Notes: generated by a model not told the origin, from the sequence alone. A stretch of 64,000 nucleotides of DNA from Elusimicrobiota bacterium (GCA_017528425.1 JAFXOV010000003.1:25174-89173), one strand, 5' to 3'; positions 47,366-56,981 are shown, counted from the first letter of the stretch. Numbers and translations are program-made.

Positions 47366-47722
47366 TTATAACTTGCTCCATTTTTGTTTTCCTTCTCTTA
47401 ACATGTTGGCACTTACCCCATCTTTTTTCAAGTGAGGATTATATTCACCACCCATATCATGCATCGCGGCTTTCCAATTTTTACTTGAATAAACGGAATT
47501 GTTATACTGTTTTATTCCGGGCAAATTATTGAACCAATTTTTAAATTTCGTCCAACCCGCTTTCACCGATGTTGTAAATCTTACAACTGCCGGTTTATGC
47601 ATAAATTTATCGTATGCTCTTTCTATTTTTTGAGTAACAGATAATTCTTCCGCATAAATTTTATTAGTTCCGACAATACAAAACAAACTGCACAATACAA
47701 AAAACAACACAAGTTTTTTCAT
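47366..47722 (-). CDS. Small secreted hypothetical protein (Lys/Trp-rich)
   Basis: 118 aa with a signal peptide MKKLVLFFVLCSLFCIVGTNKIYA. It sits tightly (6 and 13 nt gaps) between operon neighbours. Confidence 0.55.
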   Translation of the reverse strand: MKKLVLFFVLCSLFCIVGTNKIYAEELSVTQKIERAYDKFMHKPAVVRFTTSVKAGWTKFKNWFNNLPGIKQYNNSVYSSKNWKAAMHDMGGEYNPHLKKDGVSANMLREGKQKWSKL

Positions 47723-47735
47723 TTTATTCCCCCTT

Positions 47736-49811
47736 TTATACTCTTTCTAAATTTTTTTTAAAATCTTTATCTACAACAAAATTATACTTCTCTGCTTTTT
47801 CAACATCTTTTTTTGCTAAATCATATTTATTTAACAAATACCACACAGCTGATCTTTTAAAATAATACTCCCCGTTATCTCTATTTAGTGTAGTAGCCAT
47901 CGTATAACACATTAATGCTTTCTCATAATACTCTTCCAACGCAAAAACATTTCCCAACAAAAAATAACTAAAACTGTCGAAATAATCAAAATTAGAAACT
48001 AACAAATTTTGTACATCATCATATCTTTCATTTTCAAAAAAATATGCTGCTAATTTGTTAAGTATATCTGTTTTGTTATCTGCATTTTGCAGCCCTTCAA
48101 ATGCAGTCTTTTCAAAATTTACAAAATCCTTATTTTTCTCATATATCGTCATCAACTGAATATAATATGTTTCTTCAAAAGGATTCAATGTCACAGCTTG
48201 TTTCATGTTTTCTATTGCTTTATAGATATTGTTTTCTTTATAATAGAGCTGTGCCAATGTGGCAAAAAAATATCCCGGAACAAAAAAACTTGCTTTTTCT
48301 TTTTTCTTCTCCATAAAAGATAATGCTTTTTGCGTTTTACCTTCAATATCCAATATGATACCAATGTTATTTATTGCGGCTATATAGTTAACATTTGTAT
48401 ACGGAATACAAGAATAATATTTTTTTGCCTGCAAATATTCTTTTTGTTCTTGTTTTAACTGTCCAAGCCGAAAAACGGTATATGCATTAATTTTATTTAA
48501 CGAATAACTCTTTTCTATATCTTTTTCGGCTAAATTAAACTTACCTTGGTTTTTATATATAATACCTCTCAACAAATAAGCCTCGGATGCACTATCCGGA
48601 GCATAATTTACGGCTTCCGTTATTAATTTTTCGTTATCCGACCACAATATACTTCTTTGATAAGTTAAATATACAAAACTTGACCCTATAACAAATAAAG
48701 CAAAACAAACGATTATTTTTAAAATTTTGTTTCTCTTATACATACTAAACAACAATTCAGCAACCATAAAAGACAAACCTATATACGGAATATAAGTATA
48801 TCTGTCTGCTACCGGAGCAATTCCGGTAGACAAAATACCGCTTGAAGGCAATAATGTTATTAAAAAGAAAAAGAAACCAAAAAATATTTTTTTGTTTATT
48901 TTCAAACTCAATGTAACAAAAAGAATCAACAAATATAATATCGTTGCCGAAAAAAATATAAAAGCCGGAGTAAGTGTATTATGATTATAAAAATTAGGAT
49001 ACAGACACGATAAATTTATAGGCAAGAAAAATTTGTATATATAAAATAAGCAATAAAAATGAGCATCGAAGAAATTCATACATCTTACAAAAATTGTAGT
49101 AATTGCTTTTTCCTGCTCGGAATAATGTCCGGAAACAGCAACATACGAAAAAATAAGCATTATGACAAAAAACGGTATATATTTTCTCAAAAAAGTTGTC
49201 GTAACTTTGAGCTTGTTATTATAAAAATCAACCAACATAAGAATTATCGGTAAAGTTACTGCCGTAGGTTTAGACAAGCAAGAGAAAATAAAAAGAATTA
49301 TCGATAAATAATATAAATTTTTCCCTTTTTTTATTTCATAAGATTTTATATAGACAAGAAGAGACGATAAGAAAAAGAACGAAAACAAAGTATCTTTTCT
49401 TGCCGTAACCCAAGCTACAGGTTCGACATGAACCGGATGCAATGCAAAAACAAATGCGGTAAAAAATCCCACAAAGAAAGATTTCGACAGTAGTTTTATT
49501 ATATAAAACACCAACAACGTATTCAGCAAATGTAAAATAATATTATCCACATGATATAAATACGGATCTATTTTGCAAATCGAATATTCTATTGCATAAG
49601 ACAGTATAACCATAGGGTTATATAAGCCATATTGATAAGAAGAAAATATACGCTTTATGTTATCCAAAGATAAGCTTCTAATATCCTGATTATTCACAAC
49701 CATAGCGGTATCATCGAGATTTATAAAGCCGGATGTAATCGATGGATAAAAAGATAATATCACAATATACGACAAAAATATTAAGAATAATATTTGATAT
49801 TTTTTTATCAT
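47736..49811 (-). CDS. Polytopic GT-C-like (PMT/TMTC/DUF1736-like) membrane protein with C-terminal TPR repeats
   Basis: 691 aa. About 10-11 TM helices. The first-loop acidic motif GFINLDDTAMVVNN is followed by YNPMVILSYAIEY...YHVDNIILHLLN. The C-terminal ~300 aa are TPR-like. Confidence 0.7.
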   Translation of the reverse strand: MIKKYQILFLIFLSYIVILSFYPSITSGFINLDDTAMVVNNQDIRSLSLDNIKRIFSSYQYGLYNPMVILSYAIEYSICKIDPYLYHVDNIILHLLNTLLVFYIIKLLSKSFFVGFFTAFVFALHPVHVEPVAWVTARKDTLFSFFFLSSLLVYIKSYEIKKGKNLYYLSIILFIFSCLSKPTAVTLPIILMLVDFYNNKLKVTTTFLRKYIPFFVIMLIFSYVAVSGHYSEQEKAITTIFVRCMNFFDAHFYCLFYIYKFFLPINLSCLYPNFYNHNTLTPAFIFFSATILYLLILFVTLSLKINKKIFFGFFFFLITLLPSSGILSTGIAPVADRYTYIPYIGLSFMVAELLFSMYKRNKILKIIVCFALFVIGSSFVYLTYQRSILWSDNEKLITEAVNYAPDSASEAYLLRGIIYKNQGKFNLAEKDIEKSYSLNKINAYTVFRLGQLKQEQKEYLQAKKYYSCIPYTNVNYIAAINNIGIILDIEGKTQKALSFMEKKKEKASFFVPGYFFATLAQLYYKENNIYKAIENMKQAVTLNPFEETYYIQLMTIYEKNKDFVNFEKTAFEGLQNADNKTDILNKLAAYFFENERYDDVQNLLVSNFDYFDSFSYFLLGNVFALEEYYEKALMCYTMATTLNRDNGEYYFKRSAVWYLLNKYDLAKKDVEKAEKYNFVVDKDFKKNLERV

Positions 49812-49824
49812 AGCTTAATATTAT

Positions 49825-49854
49825 ATTTTACTAATTTTAGGCTTATTCTTGCAA
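49825..49854 (-). promoter_or_regulatory. Candidate promoter TTGCAA-N18-TAAAAT for the GT-C/giant-OMP operon
   Basis: -35 at 49849-49854 and -10 at 49825-49830 on the minus strand. Only 13 nt separate the -10 from the ATG at 49811 and there is no SD, so the transcript would be near-leaderless. This is pattern only. Confidence 0.3.
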
Positions 49855-49893
49855 AAAAAAGAGATATATTATATTTATATAATATATCTCTTT
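49853..49893 (-). terminator. Rho-independent terminator after lpxI
   Basis: A perfect 16-bp inverted repeat, AAAGAGATATATTATA (49858-49873) and TATAATATATCTCTTT (49878-49893), with a 4-nt loop. On the minus strand it is followed by T8 (49853-49860). Confidence 0.6.
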
Positions 49894-49921
49894 AACTCCA
49901 AAATATTGAAAAAAATTCAAA

Positions 49922-50722
49922 CTACATTGCAATAATCGTAACACCCGCTTGTTTTGCTTTTAATATTACATCTTCTTTATCCAATATCAAAGTGGAACCT
50001 GCTTCTATTATCATTGCTCTTATTTTATTGTTCTTTAAAGTATCTATTGTTCTTGTTCCTATTACGGGAACATCAAATCTGAAATCCTGGTTCGGTTTTG
50101 CAACTTTTACGACTATTGCATTTTCCCCGCCCAAAGAATACGCTCTTTTTATACATTCATCGGTTCCTTCTATAGATTCTACCGCCAACACGGATTTGTC
50201 TTTAACAACCACCGTTTGACCGATATCAAGTCCCGCAATAGCTTTTGCCATTTTAAAACCGAATTGCGCATCTTTATCTTCATCGGAATTTAATTTTTTA
50301 CCGACGATAACACCCTTTTGCGCAAGCAAATGCTGCAAATATATGTGCGAAGGTAAAAATTTTATACCGTCTTTTTCGAATTCTTTCACTACAGCTCCTA
50401 AAATTGTATCTGTTTTTTTGTTCACTAACGATGTCATTATTTTAAGAGCTCTTAAATCCATGGTTATTGCAGAATAAATTTTTGCATGTTTAACCTGTCC
50501 TACCATTATGGCAGTATCTACGTTTCTGCTTTTAAAAGCATCTATAATTTTTTGAATTTTGCCGACGGAAAGCCATACTGTTTCATCACAAAATTTTTCA
50601 ATATCTTTATCGGCTTCTTCTTTTAAAGCAACGGTAATAACCTTGTCTCCCTGTTTTTTTATTTCTTGAGCGACAAGAAAAGGAAATCTTCCGTTACCTG
50701 CAATCATTCCTATATTTTTCAT
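49922..50722 (-). CDS. lpxI: UDP-2,3-diacylglucosamine pyrophosphatase LpxI (DUF1009)
   Basis: 266 aa. The N-terminus IGMIAGNGRFPFLVAQEIKKQG and the motif D.GQTVVV.....AVE..EGTD are characteristic of LpxI. It follows lpxA. Confidence 0.8.
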   Translation of the reverse strand: MKNIGMIAGNGRFPFLVAQEIKKQGDKVITVALKEEADKDIEKFCDETVWLSVGKIQKIIDAFKSRNVDTAIMVGQVKHAKIYSAITMDLRALKIMTSLVNKKTDTILGAVVKEFEKDGIKFLPSHIYLQHLLAQKGVIVGKKLNSDEDKDAQFGFKMAKAIAGLDIGQTVVVKDKSVLAVESIEGTDECIKRAYSLGGENAIVVKVAKPNQDFRFDVPVIGTRTIDTLKNNKIRAMIIEAGSTLILDKEDVILKAKQAGVTIIAM

Positions 50723-50724
50723 AA

Positions 50725-51495
50725 TTATTTAGGTCTGCAAATTCCTCTTTGAGATTTCTTAATAAAATCTATTATATCTCGAACATAAAGTGAATTGCCT
50801 AATTCTTCCTCTATTTTTGCTACGGCATCATTTAACGTCAAATGAGATGCAAACAAGATTTTGTAAGCATGTTTTATATTTTCTATTTCAGCAATAGGTA
50901 CTCTTTTTCTCTTAAGACCTACCAAATTTAAACCGAACAATGTTGCTCTGTCTCCTTGTGCCTGCATGTAAGGAATTATATCCATACTTACCATTGATCC
51001 GCCACCGGTAACAACATTTTTACCGATTTTAACAAACTGATGAACTGCGGTAAGTCCACCCATAACAACTCCGTCACCGACTTCAACGTGTCCTGCAATT
51101 GCACAACAGTTTGCAATTATACAATTATCTCCCAAAATACAATCGTGAGCAACATGTGCACATGTCATAATAAGACAATTTTTACCGACAACCGTTTGTC
51201 CGCTTGCACTTGTTCCTCTGTTAATTGTTGCAAACTCTCTAACGGTTGTTCCGTCACCTATTATTGCAATTGTTTTTTCTCCGGCATATTTTAAATCTTG
51301 AGGAGGTGCACCTATTGATGCATGAGAAAATATTCTACAATTTTGGCCTATCTTTGCACATTCTATAGTTGCATGAGCACAGATAACCGTTCCGTCACCG
51401 ATTGTAACATTTTCTCCTATTACAACATAAGGACCTATTTCTACATTTTGTCCGATTACTGCAGATTTATCTATTATTGCTGTGCTATGTATCAT
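50725..51495 (-). CDS. lpxA: UDP-GlcNAc acyltransferase
   Basis: 256 aa. N-terminal MIHSTAIID.SA, hexapeptide repeats, and a C-terminal helical domain. Confidence 0.92.
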   Translation of the reverse strand: MIHSTAIIDKSAVIGQNVEIGPYVVIGENVTIGDGTVICAHATIECAKIGQNCRIFSHASIGAPPQDLKYAGEKTIAIIGDGTTVREFATINRGTSASGQTVVGKNCLIMTCAHVAHDCILGDNCIIANCCAIAGHVEVGDGVVMGGLTAVHQFVKIGKNVVTGGGSMVSMDIIPYMQAQGDRATLFGLNLVGLKRKRVPIAEIENIKHAYKILFASHLTLNDAVAKIEEELGNSLYVRDIIDFIKKSQRGICRPK

Positions 51496-51496
51496 A

Positions 51497-52846
51497 TTAT
51501 TTCTCCCTATCTACTATAATAAACATAAATTCTGCTTCTGCTACAAGTTTACCTTCAACAAAAGCTTCTCCTCTTACTTTACCTTTTCTTCCGCTGTCTC
51601 TTATAACCTCAACCTTTAATTCCAACATATCGCCGGGAATAACGGTTTTTCTGAATTTAACTTTATCTATTCCCATAAAATATGCTAAACAATTTCTTAG
51701 TGTCGGTCTTGATAAAAACATAACACAAGATGTTTGTGCCATAGCTTCAACAATTAAAACTCCCGGCATAATAGGTTGTCCCGGAAAATGACCTTGAAAG
51801 AAAGGTTCATTACCGCTTACACATTTATAACCTGTTGCCTTTTTATCTCCCGCACCGAACAATTTAACTCTATCTATCATTAAAATCGGAAATCTGTGAG
51901 GGATAATTTGTTGAATTTCAGCACAATTATAAACTTTTACTTCTTCCTCGGAAACATTCGTCTCTTTTTTCTCTTCTGCAACTTTCACTTTTGTTTCTCC
52001 TTTATCTATAACAGCTTTAGAAACAAACTCTTTTACAAAGCTGACATTACTTTTGTGTCCCGGCTTTTCCGCAACAAGTCTTGCTCTTATCGGTTTACCT
52101 GCCAAAGAAATATCACCGATTAAATCCAATATTTTATGCCTTACAAATTCATTATCAAATCTTAACGGTTCTTTATTGTATATTCCGTTAGGACCTATAA
52201 CTATTGCATTATCCAAGCTTCCGCCTTTTGCAAGGCCGTTCGACTGCAAAGCTTCAATCTCAAAATCGAAACAAAATGTTCTTGCAGGTGCAATATCGTT
52301 AAGATAAGATTCTTTCGTTATTTCAAATGTTGCTTGTTGATTTGATAAGAAAGGATGATCGTAACCTATTGTACAATCTATTTCCAATTTGTCACTGGGA
52401 TATGCAACAATTTTTGTGTTACCCGATATAAATGTAACAGGTTCTTTTATTGTATAAAATTCTTTTTCTGCATCCAGTTCTTTTATACCCGACTCCAATA
52501 TTTTCTGTGCAATAACTTTTGCACTTCCGTCCATGATGGGAGGTTCGTTATTATCTATTTCTATTATTAAATTATCTACTCCCAAAGCAAAACATGCAGA
52601 CAAAATATGTTCTATGGTATGAATTTGAACATCTCCGGACTGAATGGTTGTTCCTCTTATAGCAACACCGCTGGACAAGCTGTTCCAATCTGCTTTTATG
52701 TCGGGTTTGTTCGGTAAATCTACTCTAACAAAATGTATGCCCGTATTTTTTTCTGCAGGTTTAAATACCATTTTACTTTTGTTTCCGGTATGTAAACCTA
52801 CTCCCTCGATAGTGAATTCTTTTTCAATAGTAGTTTGTTTTATCAT
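51497..52846 (-). CDS. lpxC/fabZ: Bifunctional UDP-3-O-acyl-GlcNAc deacetylase / 3-hydroxyacyl-ACP dehydratase (LpxC-FabZ fusion)
   Basis: 449 aa. The LpxC N-terminal part has QTTI..EF...GVGLHTG and HKILDLIGD. The FabZ C-terminal part has LPHRFPILMIDRV and GHFPGQPIMPGVLIVEAMAQ. Confidence 0.92.
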   Translation of the reverse strand: MIKQTTIEKEFTIEGVGLHTGNKSKMVFKPAEKNTGIHFVRVDLPNKPDIKADWNSLSSGVAIRGTTIQSGDVQIHTIEHILSACFALGVDNLIIEIDNNEPPIMDGSAKVIAQKILESGIKELDAEKEFYTIKEPVTFISGNTKIVAYPSDKLEIDCTIGYDHPFLSNQQATFEITKESYLNDIAPARTFCFDFEIEALQSNGLAKGGSLDNAIVIGPNGIYNKEPLRFDNEFVRHKILDLIGDISLAGKPIRARLVAEKPGHKSNVSFVKEFVSKAVIDKGETKVKVAEEKKETNVSEEEVKVYNCAEIQQIIPHRFPILMIDRVKLFGAGDKKATGYKCVSGNEPFFQGHFPGQPIMPGVLIVEAMAQTSCVMFLSRPTLRNCLAYFMGIDKVKFRKTVIPGDMLELKVEVIRDSGRKGKVRGEAFVEGKLVAEAEFMFIIVDREK

Positions 52847-52848
52847 GA

Positions 52849-53871
52849 CTATTCCTCTATATTTAACTTTTTTGATATTTTTCTGATTTTTGAAAACAAT
52901 TCCGGTAACTTCTTTATCAAAGCTAAAGATTCCAAATGTTTTCTGAGCGGTTGTATAGGATAACCGGAAACTATTTGATTATTTTCCAAATTTCCGCTTA
53001 TACCGCTTTTTGCACCGACCATTACATTATCTCCGACGGTTATATGTCCTACAATGCCAACCTGACCGCCGAGAGTAACTCTGTTACCTATTTTCGTAGA
53101 ACCTGCAATACCTACCTGAGATACTATTATGGTATTTTCTCCGACTTGAACATTATGTGCAATCATTACCAAATTATCTATTTTCGTATTATTTCCTATG
53201 GAAGTTTTTCCTATTGCAGCTCTGTCGATTGTGGTATTGGATCCTATTTCGACATTGTTTCCTAATTCAACATGACCTATTTGCGGAATTTTTTCTCCGG
53301 TAGCGGCAAAACCAAAACCGTCTCCGCCGAGAACGACTCCCGGATGAATTATACAATTGTCACCTATTATTGTTTTTTCTCTTATAGTAACATTAGGATA
53401 GATTAAACAATTTTTACCGATAACAACATCACTTCCTACGAAAGTGTTAGCCAATATTTTTGTATTGTCACCAATCTTTGTATTTTCTTCAACAACTACA
53501 TTATGTCCGATAGTAATATCTTTACCCAAAACAACATTTGGTTCTATTGTTGCTTTTGGACTTATTCCCGGTTTTATTTTATCTAATCTTTGTTTATCTA
53601 TTATCACCAACATCTTTGAAAAAGCAAGTTGCGGATCTTTTACAACTATAAGATTTTTATCTTTATACTCTTCAACATTTATATCTTCACCGACGAATAT
53701 TGCACTTGCCTTAGTGTCTTTCAAAAAATGTGTATATTTTTTATTACCTAAAAAAGAAATTTGTCCGCTTACGGCATCCTGAATTGCGCCGACACCGACA
53801 ACTACAAAATCTTCCTGCCCTATAAGTTTTCCGTTAACAATACCAGCAATTTCTTTTAAAGTTAAATTCAT
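52849..53871 (-). CDS. lpxD: UDP-3-O-acylglucosamine N-acyltransferase
   Basis: 340 aa. N-terminal LKEIA..V.G.L.G, then extended hexapeptide repeats. Confidence 0.92.
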   Translation of the reverse strand: MNLTLKEIAGIVNGKLIGQEDFVVVGVGAIQDAVSGQISFLGNKKYTHFLKDTKASAIFVGEDINVEEYKDKNLIVVKDPQLAFSKMLVIIDKQRLDKIKPGISPKATIEPNVVLGKDITIGHNVVVEENTKIGDNTKILANTFVGSDVVIGKNCLIYPNVTIREKTIIGDNCIIHPGVVLGGDGFGFAATGEKIPQIGHVELGNNVEIGSNTTIDRAAIGKTSIGNNTKIDNLVMIAHNVQVGENTIIVSQVGIAGSTKIGNRVTLGGQVGIVGHITVGDNVMVGAKSGISGNLENNQIVSGYPIQPLRKHLESLALIKKLPELFSKIRKISKKLNIEE

Positions 53872-53885
53872 TTTGTCCTCTTATA

Positions 53886-56800
53886 TTAAAAAACATTTCC
53901 TATAGTAAAATAGAATTGTTGTAAATCTTCGCCTCTTTTATGATTCAAACCGTATCCCCAATCAAGTCTCAACGGGAATACCGGCGTTGCAAATCTTATA
54001 CCGAAACCGAAACCGGATTTTAAATAATATGAGTTTGTATCGTCATTATCCGTTCCAAAAGAGAAATTAACATGATTTATATCTTTCCAAGTTCCTCCGA
54101 TATCGTAGAAGAACGCACCTTGCAATATTGTTCTCTTGTTTTCTTGAACGATAGGGAACTTATATTCAACATTTGCTACAGCCATTACTTTACCGCCGTT
54201 ATAAGGACCTACTTCCGTTCTGTATTTATAACCTCTTATTGTGTCTGCTCCGCCGACATAATATTTTTCATACAAAGGAACATCCGAAGAGTCTCCGTAA
54301 CTTTCTATCCAACCCGTATTAATATTTATCGACAAAACAAATTTCCAGAATGTAGGGAAGAACCATGTTCCCCTGACTGAATTTCTTACATAATTAACAT
54401 TACCGCCTAACGGTCCGCCGGCAACACTTATTCCGTAAGAATATCTGACTCCCTTTGATGCATCATAAATATAATCCCTTGTATCATAAACTATTTGAGC
54501 TCTGACACTTGATGTTCTGTCTTTTGCCAAATCGGGATCGTTCATAATGTCTTCTTTAAGTTCGTCATCGTCTATATCAAAAATTCTGACATGTTCGTAA
54601 GTATAACCGAACAACAACGCTATTTTATCTGCCACTCTCGGACTTATTGATACCGAGCCTCCGAGTCTTCCTTCCCTGTAAGCATCACTTGTATTATGAT
54701 AATCTCTTAATCTTTCTATGTTATATACCGACAATCCTAAACTCATGGCTTTTCCCAAGAACCAAGGTTCAGTCCAATCCAATTCATAATTTTGTCTTCT
54801 TGCACCGAACTCCCACAACAAATTCAATTTCTGTGCTCTTCCGAACAAATTCATATGTTGTAACTGAATTGAACCTACAAACTTATCTACGGAAGAATAA
54901 CCCGCACCGGCAGTTATCATACCGGGCTTACCTTCAGTTATGGAAAAAGCCAAATTCATAATATCAGGTTGCCCCGTAGGGGAAATATTCGGTTCTGCCC
55001 CGTCAATAAAGCCTAAATTATAAATTTTTTCCATACTCCTTCTTACTTTACCGGAAGAGAAAACATCGCCCGGTCTAAGTAAGATTTCCCTTCTTATGGT
55101 ATTATCTTTCGTGTGTGTTAAACCATCTATGTAAAGATCACCGACATAAACAATATTGTTTTCCTGAATGTTAAAATCAACATTAACAACATTATCTATT
55201 ATCTTTTTCGTTTGAAGTTTGGCCATTTTGTTTTCTAATTTGGTCTTTTTCTTTTCAAGCTTTTTAATTTCTTCATATTTAAGACCTTGTTCTTCACTTT
55301 CGTTACCGTCTATTTCTATTTGCATTTCAGACATATCACCGGCACCAAGATCTGTTAATTGTTGTTTAACTTCATCCAATTTTGTCTGTAATTTTTCTTC
55401 TTTCTTGTTCTGTTTTTCTAATTTCTTTTCCTGTTTTTTTACTTTCTTTTCCTCTTTGGCAACAAGTTTTTCTTTGTTTTTTTCTTCTTTTGCCAACTTC
55501 TTTTCTAGCTTAACTTTTTTCTTTTCGAGCTTTTTTGCCTGTTTTTCGGTAAGAACAAAAATTTCGCCATCTTCTATTTTCTGATTAACTTCATCTATAT
55601 CATTTTGTACAATTTGCTCTTTGCTTTTTTGTTCCGTAACTTTTCTTTCTCTCTTTTCCAATTCTTTATGTGCTTTTGCCAATTTCTTTTCTAATTTAGC
55701 TCTTTTCTTTTCAAGTTTTGCAACATATTTTTCTTCTTTATATTCTCTATATTCCAAATTCTGGTCTACAACAGCTATTTTATCTTTTATACTTTGCTCT
55801 TTAGCATTTTGGTTTAAAACTTCGTTTTCTCTGTTTCTTGTTTTATATTTTGTTCTTTCAAGTTTTCTGTTTAATTTTTTAATTTTTTTATTAGCGGCAG
55901 TTCTGTTTACTTTTGTTTCTATTTGCTCGTCAATAGTATCAATATCATCTTGTATTACAATTTCTTTTTCCGTTTTTTTGGAGCCGAGTTCTTCCTGCAT
56001 TAAGTTATCGGTACTTTTTGAAAAATCCGGTTCGATATAAGAATGTAAATAACCTCTGTTTGAATAATCATCATAAACTTTATTTAAAAGTTCAAGTATC
56101 TTTTCTTGATTGAATATTTCATTTCTTTTTATTGTGGAATGTTTTGATAATTCCTTGGATGATATTACCGAATTACCTTCAAAGCCTATATCTCCCATTT
56201 TATATCTCACACCCTCATTTACTCTTAAAGTAATAAACATCTTGGTTCTTGCTTCATTGTATGTTATTTCGGGTTCATCAACCGAAAAGTCCATAAAACC
56301 GCGATTAACATAAAATCTCTTTATTGAAGCCATATCGCTTTTCAAAGTTTCTTCTTTGAAAACTTTTTTCTTTTTTGTTTTAGCTAACTTTTTAATTTTT
56401 TTGTTTTTAAAACTTCTTACACCTTCAACAAACAAATCTCCCACCAAAACTTTATTGTTTTCGGTAATAAGGAAAGTTATCGTCATTGTATTGGTATCTT
56501 CATCGGTGGTAGGATACACTTCCATTTGGCAATCGGCATATCCTTTGTCTTTATATAAAGTAATAATTTTTCTTTTTGATTCTTCAAGGTCAATAAAATT
56601 ATAGAAATCTTTTTCTTTTAAGGTAAGTTCCCCTTTCAACTTGTTTTCGGAAAATTGTTTATTGCCTTTAAAAACTATTCTCTTAATATATGGTTTTTCC
56701 ACTACAGTAAACTTAACTATTTTATTTTCTTTATCTACGGAAATTTCAGCATTATCAAAATATCCCAGTCCTAAAACAGTTCTTAAATCTTCTCTCGCTA

Positions 56801-56981
56801 TGGATGTAGCATACACCTTACCCTTTTTCAATTGAATTTCGGAACGGACTGTTTTCGGTTTTACATTTTGCAATCCATCGAAAACAACATCTTTTATTCT
56901 AAAAATAGTATCATCATCCGCAAAAACAAAAGGTGCACAAAAAATTACAGCCAATATAGACATTAAAACTTTTTTAATCAT
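53886..56981 (-). CDS. bamA: Outer-membrane protein assembly factor BamA with a ~275-aa coiled-coil insertion in POTRA4
   Basis: 1031 aa. Signal peptide, then five POTRA-like units and a C-terminal Omp85 barrel (..YVGGADTIRGY.., terminal FYFTIGNVF). aa 321-595 are K/E-rich and interrupt the fourth POTRA between YLHSYIEPDF and VNVDFNIQENN. Confidence 0.88.
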   Translation of the reverse strand: MIKKVLMSILAVIFCAPFVFADDDTIFRIKDVVFDGLQNVKPKTVRSEIQLKKGKVYATSIAREDLRTVLGLGYFDNAEISVDKENKIVKFTVVEKPYIKRIVFKGNKQFSENKLKGELTLKEKDFYNFIDLEESKRKIITLYKDKGYADCQMEVYPTTDEDTNTMTITFLITENNKVLVGDLFVEGVRSFKNKKIKKLAKTKKKKVFKEETLKSDMASIKRFYVNRGFMDFSVDEPEITYNEARTKMFITLRVNEGVRYKMGDIGFEGNSVISSKELSKHSTIKRNEIFNQEKILELLNKVYDDYSNRGYLHSYIEPDFSKSTDNLMQEELGSKKTEKEIVIQDDIDTIDEQIETKVNRTAANKKIKKLNRKLERTKYKTRNRENEVLNQNAKEQSIKDKIAVVDQNLEYREYKEEKYVAKLEKKRAKLEKKLAKAHKELEKRERKVTEQKSKEQIVQNDIDEVNQKIEDGEIFVLTEKQAKKLEKKKVKLEKKLAKEEKNKEKLVAKEEKKVKKQEKKLEKQNKKEEKLQTKLDEVKQQLTDLGAGDMSEMQIEIDGNESEEQGLKYEEIKKLEKKKTKLENKMAKLQTKKIIDNVVNVDFNIQENNIVYVGDLYIDGLTHTKDNTIRREILLRPGDVFSSGKVRRSMEKIYNLGFIDGAEPNISPTGQPDIMNLAFSITEGKPGMITAGAGYSSVDKFVGSIQLQHMNLFGRAQKLNLLWEFGARRQNYELDWTEPWFLGKAMSLGLSVYNIERLRDYHNTSDAYREGRLGGSVSISPRVADKIALLFGYTYEHVRIFDIDDDELKEDIMNDPDLAKDRTSSVRAQIVYDTRDYIYDASKGVRYSYGISVAGGPLGGNVNYVRNSVRGTWFFPTFWKFVLSININTGWIESYGDSSDVPLYEKYYVGGADTIRGYKYRTEVGPYNGGKVMAVANVEYKFPIVQENKRTILQGAFFYDIGGTWKDINHVNFSFGTDNDDTNSYYLKSGFGFGIRFATPVFPLRLDWGYGLNHKRGEDLQQFYFTIGNVF
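55197..56021 (-). repeat. Lys/Glu-rich coiled-coil insertion with three copies of an (A/I)KKLEKKK(V/T)KLE(K/N)K(L/M)AK unit
   Basis: Peptide copies are AKLEKKRAKLEKKLAKAHKELEK (aa ~421-443), AKKLEKKKVKLEKKLAKEEK (aa ~482-501) and IKKLEKKKTKLENKMAKL (aa ~572-589). DDIDTIDEQIE and NDIDEVNQKIE are also paired. Confidence 0.8.
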
